Made by a program: the position numbers and the translations under genes. Source: Okamejei kenojei (taxonomy: Eukaryota). From it: 64,000 nucleotides of DNA. Below are positions 36,680 through 49,627 of this stretch, one piece after another (the stretch's first letter is position 1; every line of letters begins with the position of its first letter). The stretch covers positions 620,001-684,000 of the forward strand of contig JAVHYY010000112.1 in the NCBI GenBank assembly GCA_035221665.1, read 5' to 3'. The notes below the pieces were generated by a model. The model saw only the letters and a program-made list of their open reading frames with translations. It had not been told where the DNA came from and searched no databases.

Positions 36680-39259
36680 TTATACCTTACACTTTACCGA
36701 TTTAAATATCTTTCCAATGCAAATGATCGGATATGTTAGCACACCGAACAGCTCCGCTCTGAACTTGCTCTGGGTCACGGTGTAAATCGCCGTGTTGGTG
36801 CAGGAGCTCAGTAGCTGAAGCATAAATCCAACCCTTTCCAATCCACCCACATAGTCTGTCCAGGCCTTGCGCATAAACACTTTCCAACTTCGATACGCTA
36901 TAAAATGTGCGACACTTGTGGCCCAGAGCAGGATGAAGCAGCTCGAGATTGCCAGAAGTAAAACGACCGACCGTCTGCGGTTCACCATCTCCTGGTCTTT
37001 ATTTTTCTCCCCACCGCTGATGTTCCGGAGGTTCCTGCGGACGCGACTGGCCACGAAAATATGTCTGACGGTGAGCGCGTTAAGCAACAAAATCAGGCAG
37101 AATGGAATCGCCGGGGTGAACAACTGTTCGATCCAAGAGAACACCATCCATTCGGGACGCATGTAAAAATATATATGTTTGCGGCAGCCACGCGTTCTAC
37201 CCGTTCCCAGATATGGTACGTAGGCGAAGGGCAAGGGTAGGTTTTTGAGGCAGACGAATGGGATCACTGTCAGGATAACAATCGTCGCGGTTCTCTCGGT
37301 GCAATATTTGGCTTTCATGTTCTGAGTAGAAATCGCAACAAAGCGATCAAATGTGAAAGCGACTGTGAACCATACAGAACAATTTACCGTGACGGATGCC
37401 AGGAAGATCGTTATTTTGCACACAGGAGTGTAGGGCAAGGAAGCATGCCACCAATAAAGATCAGCAATCCTGTGAAGTATCACTTCACAGAGACTCAGAG
37501 AGAGGTCCGCGGTCGCCATGGCTACCATGTAACGAGTGATGCACTTGGAAAGACCGCACTTGCCACGGGACAAGATCACAATCGCCATCAGATTCACTGG
37601 GAAAGAATGAAAACAGAAAAAAAAATAATTGTGTGGTATACGGTTTGGTGGGTAGATTACACTGAGTAAGTTAAACATGTGTCGCCAGTAGTAGAGATTA
37701 TTTGTTTAACGAATTGATATTTGGGACGATCATCCGTCATTTGTTTGACAGAAATAAGTTCAATCGGTAAATTATTAAATACGTGATTACCAAAATTAGT
37801 GGGATTGCCTTATGTAGACATGAAGATGGAAAGAGAAGGACATGAAGATGGAAATAGTAGGTCAAAGGGCTGTCCAATTTTGGTAAACAGAAATGTAATT
37901 TGCAAATGATTATAATTCTGTTTACCAAAATTAGCGGGATTGCCTTTTGTACTAATCTTGACAACATTATGCAAATCGTTTGATTTGATCTAAAATATAG
38001 AATATTTTCAACAGGTCAGTCAGTGTATTTAAAAATGAAATTAACAATCCAAGTTACCGGCGATCAATTCATAATTAAGCGGGGATCCTTCTAATATCAA
38101 ATATTTGATTTCACTTTTATAACGGTAAATTCAAATGCGCAGTGTCGGTTGTGTTGCTGAGACGTGAGCAACTTTTGCATCGGGGCATTGAGTCAATCGT
38201 GGTCTGGATTAACGGGGTCTGTTTGCCATTGGACCTTCGAGAATGCATTTCCGAACATGAGACCAAGGAAATGGGTTCAGTGAAGCATTGCAAATAAAAT
38301 TACAAACACCCTTCACAAACACTGCTAACAACATTTAGGCAGGTATTTTCTGCGAACAGCCGGCGGACTTCCGTACTGTACCTGACAAGACCAAGTGCTG
38401 GTGTATCTCACTGGCGTAAGCCATATCTCTGGACGACATACATAGGCGATGTATGATCTCGAGCCCCTTCTTCAGAATCCGATCGGAAGAATGATCCCAA
38501 ACCGTCGACTGCGTCGGTCCTCCAGAAAAGCTACAAGACTGACTGAGTTAACTAGTTCTTTGTTTTCCCTGGAGCAGATTGTTCGTATGACCTTCAAATC
38601 TGTCCCAGGGAAATTATTGCTATGAGAATTTAAGAGCGATACATAAAATGCAGTGCTGAATTACTGGACGGGGTGTATTTCTCGTTCTGCCGAATGCAGG
38701 ACGCACAGTGGAACAGAAACTGCCACTCACAGCGAGGACCAGGTTGCCCTTCACTTCGCAACAGTGCATGTACGGGCATTGATTTTAGTAAAACGCCGTG
38801 AAGGCTACATTTCTGCCAGCTTCACTGAGCGGCATACATCAAATATACCAACGCGCTTCCTCCCTCCTAAGATGTATATTCCTTGTTTCGTTTTAGTTTA
38901 TGGATACAGCGCGCACACTAACACAAGCTGACGCGCACAAGGGACAATGTATTTTACTTTTATGGAGTGTGGAGGAAACCGACGATATCTGGGAAAATCC
39001 AGAAGGTAACGGGGAGAACGCACACACTCCGTACAGACAAGCGCTGTAAGATAACTACTCTAGTGCTGCGCCACCGTGCCGCCCTAACTCCTGCCAGGCT
39101 ATTCGGTATGTTTTCTTATCCTTTAATACTCTGCGCTTTTCAAACAGTCTTTGTTAGTTCCATGAGACGTGCCGAAAATTACCTACCAGGTAAACCGATT
39201 GCTGCCAGAATCGGATAAAACAGAAGTCCTATTTTTTCCTCGATCGGAATACCGTGCAT
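36680..39259 (-). CDS. Intact two-exon class A orphan GPCR, GPR139/GPR142-like (exon 1 39259-39187; exon 2 37596-36680; 329 aa)
   Basis: Exon 1 MHGIPIEEKIGLLFYPILAAIGLP+G|GTAGGT; acceptor TTTCATTCTTTCCCAG|TG in matching phase 1. Exon 2 runs VNLMAIVILSRGKCGLS...MATADL...SVWFTVAFTFDRFVAI...TPAIPF..ILLLN...SSCTNTAIY with no stops. About seven hydrophobic segments in total. Confidence 0.9.
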
Positions 39260-39749
39260 TTTAATGTGAAAGTCCAGGCGATCACGCCTGGTCGAGCCGC
39301 TGAGCGGTTGTCAGCGAAACAAACCAATATCTGGCATATTTATAAAGAAAATGAAGGAGAAAACAGTCAACGAGTTACATCCCTGAGGATGTTACTTACA
39401 CGTGTTTAACAAACATCTACTCTTTTCCATGTAATATTCAAAATCACAATAATTGTGACGACATTTCCAACAGCACACAGTGAGCCATGGATTTTGCAAA
39501 TCTCAAATTATCGCAAGCGCAGTGAAATTGCCGGCGAGTGTTGTACCTGTTCTAGTCGCGTTTCCAAACAGCTATAACAGGGGGAGAGCGCGACGCAGGA
39601 CATGCACTTCAGCATATCCACTGGACACACAGGTCACACAGGGGCGGATATCTCCGAAAAGTGGCGTTTTGGGGGAAAGAACAACAAAAGAGAGAAGAAC
39701 CGTCCAATTTATCAAATATGGTCAAGTGAAGAAAGTTTATTGTCATATG

Positions 39750-40740
39750 TCCCAAGTAGGACAATGAAATTCTTGCTTTGCATCAGCACAGCGGAATATA
39801 GTAGGCACGAATACAGAACATATCATATCAGTGAGTCCATATACCATTATATAAATAAGGTCAGAGCCGATGATGGACTGGGCAGGGCTTGCTACTTTTT
39901 GTAGTACTTCCCGCTCCTGGGCGCTCAAGTTGCCGAACGATCCCACGATGCAACCGGTCAGCCTGCGTTCTGCTCTGCACCTGTGGAAGTTAGGGAGAGT
40001 CCTCCTTGACATACCGACTCTTCGTAATCATACGAAATCATACGTAATCTTCGTAAAGAGGGCATGACATGAGATTCGAGGGACATAAATTTAGGGGTAA
40101 CGTGAGGGGGAACTTCTTTACTCAGAGGGTGGTGGCTGTGTGGAATGAGCTTCCAGCAGAGGTGGTGGAGGCAGGATCGATTTTAACATTTAAAAGTAAA
40201 GTGGATAGGTATATGGACGTGAAGGGAATGGAGGGGTATGGTCTGAGTGCAGGTAGATGGGACTAGGGGAAAACAAATGGTCGGCACGGACTGGAAGGGC
40301 CGAGAGGGCCTGTCTCCGTGCTGTAATTGTTATATGGTTATATGGTTATATCTCAGGAAGTAGATTCGCTGATATGCTTTCTTAATAATTGCATCTCGGA
40401 TACGGAGATATCTTCAGAAATGTGCACGCCCAGGAACTTAAAGTTCTTGACCCTTTCCATCAATGACCCGTTTATATAAACGGGACTGGGCATCTCCATC
40501 CTATCTCTTACAAAGTCCACAATCAGTTACTTGGTTTTGTTGGTGTTGAGGGCCAGGTTATTGTGCTGGCACCATTTGGTCAGACGGTCGTTCTCACGTC
40601 TATACTCTGACTCGTCCCCATTAGTGATATTTCCCACAACAGTGGTGTCATCAGCGAACGAGATGACGGAGTTCGCACCATGACCAGCTCCGCAGCCATG
40701 AGTATAGAGTGAGTTCAGCAGCAAAACACTAACAAGTAGC
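39750..40740 (-). mobile_element. Rex1/Babar-like LINE RT fragment, interrupted by a young CR1 3' end (about 40058-40350, +)
   Basis: FADDTTVVG..NGDESEYR...WCQHNNLALNTNKTK. The insert is near-identical to 50890-51180. Confidence 0.65.
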
Positions 40741-41234
40741 AATGTTAAAAACGCAGCTCAGTGACAGCGCCCTCCGACTCTACCGGCTGCCTAAAATTGC
40801 AATCTCCTTGTTCAACTTTGTGGACTCCTTGATCTGAGCTACGTTATTTGGGGAGAATCGGCTCTCGGCCCTAATGTAATATCGCACTGTTGTTTCATGG
40901 ATATCATATTATCACGTAGCAAGTAAATGTTATATATATATATAGCACGTTTAAATCAACTCGCGTTGAAACCAAAGTGCTTACATACAATAAATAAATA
41001 TGTTTCCGTACATCGATGGTACTAACCCTCATCAAATAAGTAAAAGAGGCATTCCCTTTCCTGCATCTTTGGGGTGTTGCAATGGCGACCAGCAGCAATT
41101 CCCGAAGGAACTGCTCCCACCTTTAACCAGTATCCTGTGACATGATTCCTAATCAACCGCCTGCTCTCCAAAGGAATACATTCCTAACCTGCTCACCCGC
41201 TTGACAGCAGTTCAGTGACGGCCACGTGAGTGGT

Positions 41235-42530
41235 AGGTGCGTTATAATGTAGATACATGTGAGATTATCCACTTTGGTGGTAAGAACGAGACGGCGGAAT
41301 ATTATATTAATGGTGTCAGATTCGGAAAAAAGGGAGGCGCAACTAGACCTAGGTGGCCTTGCTCATCACTCACTGAAAGTATGCATGCAGGTTCAGAAGT
41401 TAGTGAAGAAAGCTCATGGCATGTTGTCCTTCATTGCGAGAAGATTATGTTGAGGAGCAAAGACGTCCTATTGCAGTTGCACAAGGACCTGGTGACACCA
41501 CAACTGGAAAATTGTGTGCAGTTTTTGTCTCCTAGTTCTTGCTATAGAGGAAGTGAAGTGCAGGTTTACCAGATTAATTTCTGGTATGCCGGAAAAGACA
41601 TATCATGAAGCAATGGGGTGACTGGGTGTGTATTCACTGGAATTTAGGATGAGAGGGGATCATGTAGAAACATAACATTCTTAGCGCATTAGACAATACA
41701 CAACAGACAATAGGTGCAGGGAGATGCCAGGCGGCCCTTCTAGCCAGCGCCGCCATTCAATGGCTGATCACTCACAATCAGTACCCCGTTCCTGCATTCT
41801 CCCCATATTCCCTGACTCCTCTATCTTCAATAACCCTATCTAGCTCTCGGAAGTGTGCAGAGAACCGGCCCCACCGCCCTCTGAGGTAGACAATTCCACA
41901 GACATACAACTCTATGTGTGAAAAAGTGTTTACTCATCTCCGTTCAAAACGGCTTACCCCTTATTCTTAAACTGTGCCACTGGTTCTGGACTCCCCCAAC
42001 ATCGGGCACATGTTTCCTGCCTATGGCTTGTCCAAGCACTTAATGATCTTTTATTTTTCAATAAGATCCTCTCTCATCCAACTAAATTCCAGAGTATACA
42101 AGCCCAGCCGCTCCATTCTCTCAGCACGTGACAGTCCCGCCATCCCGGGAATTTAGCTTGTGAACCAACGCTGCACTCCCTCAATGACAGGAATATTTGA
42201 CCGGCAAGATGCAGGACAGTTATTCCGCATATTGATATTAGTCCAGAAACCGGTGGTCACAGTCTGTGAATAAGGGGTAGACCATTTCGAAACAAAGAAA
42301 CAGTAAATTCGATGCAAGAGTAGGCCATCCGGCCCTTCGAGTCAGCACCGCCATTCAATATGATTATGGATGATCATCTAATATTAATACCCGTTCCTGT
42401 TTACATCCCGTATCCGTTGATTCCTTTAGCCCGAGAGCTAAATAGAATTCTTTCTTGAAGCATCCAGCGAATTGTTCTTCACTGTCTTCTGTGGCAGAGA
42501 ATTCCACAGATTCACAACTCTCTGGATGAG
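41235..42530. repeat. Cluster of old CR1 fragments
   Basis: YNVDTCEIIHFGG; minus-strand 3' UTR pieces. Confidence 0.7.
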
Positions 42531-42749
42531 GAGGTATTTTCGTCATGAGGTAGATAGCATTGCTCGACTGCTCTCGAGTTGTGTTAGGATGGTTCAGTTG
42601 CCTGATAACTGCAAGTAATAAACTGTCCCTAGATCTGGAAGTGTGAGTTTACACACTTCTATATCTTCTGCCCGATTGGAGAGGGGATTGTGCCTTCATG
42701 CCATCTACTACCCCCATATATTCTGTTGCCTGAATGGTTCAAATCGTCT

Positions 42750-42790
42750 ACTGAACGTCAGAGAAACGTCAGAGCCACATCAGATGTTTC
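42750..42790 (+). promoter_or_regulatory. Putative V-gene promoter elements (tandem half-CRE ACGTCA, E-box CAGATG)
   Basis: AACGTCAGAGAAACGTCA lies about 250 bp upstream of the leader and is conserved in unit 1. CRE-like sites are a known feature of TCR V promoters. Confidence 0.4.
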
Positions 42791-43017
42791 ACATCAGATG
42801 CCAGGCCACCAAACAAATCAGCAAATTTAACGATCCTCTTCTCAAACTTTCCTCTCCTCGCACATCGATTTTCAGAAATTCCCAGAACACCGTCTGCACC
42901 GAAACGAAAAGGCCAGCCGAGGTTCCGGCTCGTTCACCGGGACAGGGGCAGGATCTGTCGGGAAACCTGAACTCCAGCATCTCGTCATGTAAACCATTAT
43001 TTTCCCGGAGACGTGCG

Positions 43018-43060
43018 ATAGGAATCCTCCTGTTTGTTGACCTGTCACTCTGCTTACGCC
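43018..43060 (+). other. Leader exon of the NAR-type V, with ATA at the expected start codon
   Basis: ATA-GILLFVDLSLCLR+C|GTGAGT: hydrophobic signal-like peptide with a phase-1 donor that matches the V acceptor. Confidence 0.75.
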
Positions 43061-43214
43061 GTGAGTACCGGTCCCCTACTCCCACACAGTGCGGGTTTAA
43101 CATAAAACAACTCGAGTCCACTCCGACCTGAATTTTAAACACTGTCCGCGATTTATCCTTCTTCCGTGGTCCGCCACGAATTCCCACTAACCTCTCCCTG
43201 TGTTTCATCCACAG

Positions 43215-43502
43215 ACACCTTCAGTCAGTCAGTAACCCAGAGCCCGAATGCGGTGACTGGAAAAGAGTGCCAACCTGTCACCATCACCTGCCTTTTCCAA
43301 GAAGGTTCCTGGGGTAGCTACATATTTGATATAGGACATTTCTTGAAGCACGCACAACCCGGTGCTGAACGGCAGTGGATCACAACAGGTGGACGGGTTG
43401 TTGTGTCGACCAATAAAGCGAAAAAGACCTTTACGTTGAAAATTCGTGGTTTGAGAGTTGAGGACATGGCCACACATCACTGTCAAGTACAGGTGGAGAA
43501 TA
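43215..43502 (+). CDS. IgNAR-like V exon (NAR-TCR V); open frame, possibly a pseudogene
   Basis: Acceptor TTCATCCACAG|. TFSQSVTQSPNAVTGKECQPVTITC...ITTGGRVVVSTNKAKKTFTLKIRGLRVEDMATHHC is a short domain lacking the CDR2 region, with NAR-like GGR...F.L.I..LRVED and an extra FR1 Cys. Confidence 0.85.
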
Positions 43503-43540
43503 CACAGTGATTGGCCTGCGGTTCCAGCAATACAAAAACC
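43503..43540 (+). other. RSS with consensus heptamer and nonamer, 22-bp spacer
   Basis: CACAGTG 43503-43509; ACAAAAACC 43532-43540. Confidence 0.95.
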
Positions 43541-44949
43541 CTGAAGGCAAGTTCTAGTAACAACGTGAAGACGCGAGGTGAATCCGCCGGGTAACCCGCG
43601 GTCCCGCTTTGTCCCGCCTGCCCTGCATTCTAGGTTGTACCCGATGAAATGCGCGCGATTCAAACAATGGGGTTTCTCTATTTGCCGAATGCGGCTGGAT
43701 AATGCCCCCTTTACCGAAAATGGTGCAAACTGGGGCTGTGATTGGAAACTAAATATTCCAGGATTTCGTTGCTTCCGGGGTGATAGAATTGGAGGGCCCA
43801 GAGGTGGAGGTGTTGCATTGCTTGTCAGAGAGGATATTACAGCAGTGCTTTGGCAGGATAGATTAGAGGGTTCGTCTAGGGAGGCTATTTGGGTGGAACT
43901 GAGAAGTGGGAACGGTGTAGCAACACTTTTAGGGGTGTATTATAGACCGCCAAATGGGGAGCGAGAATTGGAAGAGCAAATATGTGAGATAGCAGATATT
44001 AGTAGTAAGCACAAGGTAGTAATTGTGGGAGATTTCAATTTCCATAAAATAGACTGGGAAACGGTCTGTAAATGGGCTGGATGGTTTGGAGTTTGTAAAA
44101 TGTGTGCAGGATAGTTTTTTGCAGCAGTACATAGAGGTACCGACCAGAGAAGGGGCAGTGCTGGACCTCCTGTTAGGAAATGAGGCAGGACAGGTGACGG
44201 AGGTATGCGTTGGTGAGCATTTCGGGACCAGTGATCACAATACCATTAGTTTCAATATAACTATGGAGCGAGTCAGAACAGGACCTAGAGTGGAGATTTT
44301 TGATTGGAGAAAGGCTAACTTTGAGGGAATGCGTGAGGATTTTAAAGGAGTGAATTGGGACACTTTGTTTCATGGGACGGATGTAGAAGAGAAATTGAGG
44401 ACATTTAAAGGGGAAATTGTAAGAGTACAGAATCTTTATGTCCCTGTTAGGGTGAAAGGAAGTAGTAAAACTTGGAAAGAGCCATGGTTTTCAAGGGAAA
44501 TTAGACACTTGTTTCGAAAAAAGAGAGATATATACAATAATTATAGGAGGCATGGAGTAAATGAGGTGCTAGAGGAGTATAAAGAATGTAAAAAGAATCT
44601 TAAGAAAGAAATTAGGAAGGCTCAAAGAAGATATGAGGTTGCTTTGGCAAGAAAGGTGAAAGTAAACCCAAAGGGTTTCTACAGCTATATTAATAGCAAA
44701 AGGATAACGAGGGATAAAATTGGACCATTAGAGAACCAGAATGGACAGCTATCTGCAGAGCCAAAAGAGATGGGGGAGATATTGAACAATTTATTTTCTT
44801 CGGTATTCACCAAGGAGAAGGATATTGAACTCTGTGAGGTAAGGGAAAAAAGTAGAGTAGCTATGGAAACTATGAGATTCAAAGAGGAGGAAGTACTGAC
44901 ACTTTTGAAAAATATAAAGGTGGAACAGTCTCCAGGTCCTGACAGGATA

Positions 44950-47900
44950 TTTTACTTCGGCGTCACGTGAGTGACTACGTGAATAGAAGCCCGTACAGCC
45001 GTTGGTGCGTCATGATGTCAGACGCTGGTGCAGTCGGGCGGGGGGAGCAGCAGCGCTCCCCCGAGCGGTAAGTTTAAACCGCGGGTTACATGGAAAGCTG
45101 GAGAATTCAGCGGGTGCAGCGGCATCTAAGGAGCGAAGGAGATGGGCGACGTTTCGGGTCGAGACCCTTCTTCAGACTTCACCCTCCATTCTCCAGCATC
45201 TGCAGTTTTCGTTAACGAGTTGAAACGAGGTAAGGTTTGTTGAAATACTTTACCACAGGTCTTTTTCTGCGACGGTTGGGAGTTTTTGTAGATATGTTGC
45301 AGAAAGGGAAGAAGGTGTCGGCGAGGCGCTCCGGGGGTAGAAAGGTAAAGTGGCAGGAGAGTGTTGAGGATGGAGGCCCGTCTGGTACACCTGGTCCGGT
45401 GCTGGCTACACAGCCAGTGGTTGCGGACCCACTGCCGGGGGGCAGTGGAGGCTTGTCAGTAGGGGGCCGCTGGCAAGTCTCTGTGGCCCGTAAATGAGTC
45501 GGGCCTGGAGGTTATACCCTCCATAGGAGAGTCCGTTTGCTCACGGCTCTCCCACGTCGAGATTCTATTTCAAAAGAATGCTCGACAGGGACCAGCTCCG
45601 TGGGGAGGAGTGGTGCCCAAGCCAGGCTGATGGAGAGCTTGTGCTAGCAGCACCTGTTTCAGGGCTGCAGAACTATCCTGCCTGTGAGGAGGATGTTCAA
45701 GCTCCGTGAGGAGGAGTGATGCCCAAGCCAGGCTGATGGAGAGCTTGTGCTAGCAGCACCTGTTTCAGGGCTGCAGAACTATCCTGCCTGTGAGGAGGAT
45801 GTTCTATCAGGGCAGTTTGCTGGGGGAGAGCAGTAAAGGTGTTCGGTGGGAGGTAATTCCGAACATTGCTGGGAAGTTTGCTGAGTGTAGAGAGGCACGA
45901 AAGGCGATTGATGTAGAATTGGCTGAAGCCATTCAGTATATTTTCTCCCACCAGTTACAGGAGCTAGCTATGGATGAAGTAGCAAAAAACTATAAAGCTC
46001 CTGTTAATTGAGATCTCCTGAAGGTACCGGTGGTTAGTCACCAAATTTGGTCATAGATGGGTTTACCTGCTAGGGCCCAGGAGATGAAGTTTTAAAAAGT
46101 GCTTAAACTGTTGTCAGCAGGTATTACAGCTGTGGTGAAAGTTATTGATACAAATGATATGGTTGAAGCACAGCAGGATGAACTGGAACTCCTTTGTAAT
46201 GCATTTTGAAACCAGTGTACCACCACGAAATCTGTTGTTTGGTGGTAATTTTGCAAAAAGGGTCAAAGACTGTTATGAGGTTGTTATAACCATGGCTCTC
46301 ATTAAGCCAGCTGGAAGCAAGGCAAAAAAGGTTCTCTACAAGAAGTCGAGGACAACAAGGCCGCAAGGAAAGATGCTGGTAAGGAATATACCATTGACAG
46401 ACAATGAATTAACTGATGTTCCTGTTCAAATTGGGGAAGGTAAAAATTGTTTCTCAAACAATGGCAGCAGTTGACATCAGATTTGTTCATACTTAGTGTA
46501 TTGAAGGGGTGAAAAATTGGATTTTACTATAAGGACAGTCTACCTAGTCAACATTTTCCTAGTCGTAAACTTATTTTCAGATGAGGAAAATGTGCTTATT
46601 CAAGCAGAGATTCAGTCGTTACATGAGAAGGGGTAATTGAGCCTTCTGTCTATCAAAGTCAACAATTTCTGTCAAGTATATTTCCCAGATCTAAAAAGAC
46701 TGGGGGATGTAGAATTATTCTGGATTAATCGAATTTGACCAAATTTGTTTGTTATAGGCATTTCAAAATGGAGAACTTTACCACGGGCAAACATCTAGTG
46801 TCCAAAGGGTATTATATGGCAACCATTGATTTAAAGAATGCATATTACGCAGTGTCTATTCATGGTGATGATAGAAGATATTTGAAATTTATTTGGATGA
46901 CTGAGCTGTGGCAATTCAGGACATTGCCGAATGGATTAACTTCAGCTCCTAGATTATTTACTAAATTGGTAAAACCTGTGTTAGCATTGCTTAGCGCTCA
47001 GGGGCATGTGGTAATGGCCTATTTAGATGATTTCTGATTGTTGGAAAGACTCATGCTGAAACTCAATCATCAGTTTCAGTTGTTAAAATCATTTTTTGAA
47101 CAAATGGGATTTGTTATTCACCCAGGTAAATCTAAATTATCACCAGTCCAAATTATTGATTATCTGGGATTTACCATTAATTCCAATCACATGTTGGTAA
47201 CTTTGCCCAGGGATAAATTGAATCAGTTAATTGAGGACTGTGTTGATCTCGTTGGAGAACAACGGCCTTTGATTAGACAAGTAGCCAGTTTTATTGGGAA
47301 GTTGTTGCAGCTTTTCCAGCTGTGCAGTATTGTCCTCTGCATTATCAACAATTACAACCATCAAAGGAACAGGCACTGAGAATACAAAGGGGCTATTTTT
47401 GATAGGCCTATGCAGTTGTCAGCTGGGGCGATTGCTGACATACAATGGTGGATAGTACATGTTTCAAAAAATTTAAGGAAGGTTTCGTGGAATCACCATC
47501 ACTGATATTACAGACTGATGTGAGTGCACTGGGTTGGGGTGCAACAGATATGTCTTCTAGTTGTGGAGGCAGATGGAATGTGGATGAGACATCGCTTCCT
47601 CAATTAAGAGGGACTGATTATTTAGAGTTGTTGGGCACCTGGTATGGGCTCAAAGCTTATTGTTCTACAAGGAGGGATCTGCATGTGCAGCTCAGATTCA
47701 CAACACCACAGCAGTGGCATATGTAAACCACATGGGTGGAATTAAGTCACAGTCTTGTGATAGACTGGCTAACCAGATTTGGAGCTGGTGTATTGACCAA
47801 AATATCTGGCTTTCAGCACTTTATTTGCCAGGAAGAGGTCACGTCAGTTAATGACAACATTGAATGGATGTTAAATCAGGATGTGTTTAACCAAATGATT

Positions 47901-49627
47901 GATCAGTATGCATCGCCAGATATTGACTTGTTTGCATCTCGATTAAATCATCAGTTACCTAGATATGTTTCATGGTAACCAGATACTGGGGCAGTAGCAG
48001 TGGATGCATTTTCGCTGCATTGGGGGAGGAATGTTTGTGTATGTATTTCCTTCATTCTGTCTCATCAGCAGATGTTTGCAAAAGATCAAGGAGGACTCCG
48101 CTTCAGGGGTATTGGTAGTGCCAGATTGGCCTACACGAGCATGGTTTCCCGTTGTATTACAAATGGCTAGGGAGCCTTACATGCTTATGCCCAAGAATAA
48201 AAATCTACTGGTAAATCCAGTCACTGGGGATCAACATCCTTTATAGGATCGTATTGATCTGTTAATTTGCAGATTATAAGGAGGCCATACCTGGGGAGAG
48301 GACTGTCTCATCGGACGGTGGATGTTCTCACGTCGGCCTGCAGGGATAGTACACAGCAGCAATATATCACCTATATAAGGAAGTGGGAGCAATTCTGCCT
48401 ACAGCAGGATATTGTATACCACACGTCAGGGATCACGGATGTATTGGAGTTTGTGAACTCTTTATTTTGACCAAAAAATTAAGTTACAGTGCAATTAATT
48501 CAGCCAGAAGTGCTCTGTCTTCTTATTTACCTATGAATGCAGAATTGCATACAGTAGGGACACATCCGTTAGTTCACGATTCATGAAGGAGTTTCAATTC
48601 TAATCCTCCTAAACTCAGGTATGCCGGTATTTGCAATGTGAGTGAGGTTTTTATGCTTCTTCGCCAGTGGGCTCCGGTTACAAGCCTATCTATAGCCAAA
48701 GTAACTATGAAGGTGGTCATGCTTCTGGTGTTGGTTTCAGCCCAACGTGTACAAACATTGCAAAAGCTACGGCTAGATAGAATGCATGTGTCGGCTGATG
48801 CCATTATATTTTATATCTATGATTTGCTTAAACATAATAAAAGAGGCATGACAGGATGTAAGATGGTGTTTTCAGCATACCCCGCAGATGATCGCTTCTG
48901 TATAGTCTCACATTTATCTCTTTACATTGAGATTACTAAACCTCTGAGAGGAACAGAGTTGGCTTTGTTTATTAGTCACAAAAAAAACACACAGTAAGGT
49001 GTCGGTGCAAACGATTGCAAGGTCCTCGCGGCCGCAGGATGGTCCAGTGAGCTAATTTTCAGAGGTTTTGTCACAAGCCGATTTCAAGGCTCGGGGTGTT
49101 TGCTGATTCTGGTGTCAGTACTGTTACATTTTTCCCCTGAGTTAGAGGGGTTTGTTATGATCTGTTTGTAAATAAACTGTTATTCCATTTAACAAATGTA
49201 TTACTGATGCATGATTGATTGTTAACGACTTTTGAGTCAATCCAGGCAGTGTGAACGTCGGATTTGAGTCTGCGGCGTGAATTCACAGTGCTTTGAAGTC
49301 TTCACGTAGTCACTCACGTGACTCCGAAGTAAAATAGTAAGATTAAACGAGAACTTACCAGTTTGAAGTTTGATCTTTATTTTATGAGGAGTCGAGTTGA
49401 GGGACTACGTGCCCTCCGCTCCCACCCTCATAGATCTCATCTGGTAGTTCAAGTTTTATCATCTTACCGTTATACTTCGGTCATTGTTAGCTGTGAATTT
49501 ATTCCGCTGCTTTGAAGATTGACGCACCAACGGCTGTACGGGCTTCTATTCACGTAGTCCCTCAACTCGACTCCTCATAAAATAAAGATCAAACTTCAAA
49601 CTGGTAAGTTCTCGTTTAATCTTACTA
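44950..49627 (+). mobile_element. DIRS1-like retrotransposon with both termini, degenerate ORFs
   Basis: Left end TTTTACTTCGGCGTCACGTGAGTGACTACG, right end ...AATCTTACTA, ICR at about 49300-49412; fragmented gag/RT/RH/MT/YR; YR 3' part internally deleted. Confidence 0.92.
45594..45804 (+). repeat. About 106-bp tandem duplication inside DIRS gag
   Basis: AGCTCCGTG...GAGGAGGATGTTC occurs twice, near-identical. Confidence 0.85.

Noticed and set aside
37597-37678. ORF-track N-terminus of the GPCR (MFNLLSV...FHSFP)
   Set aside because: This is intron and polypyrimidine tract. The true exon 1 at 39187-39259 supplies the first half of TM1.
37786-37946. Short direct repeats in the GPCR intron (also 16918-16950 and 31916-32040) as an array
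   Set aside because: Only two copies each with no regular repeat-spacer structure; these are ordinary local duplications, not CRISPR-like.
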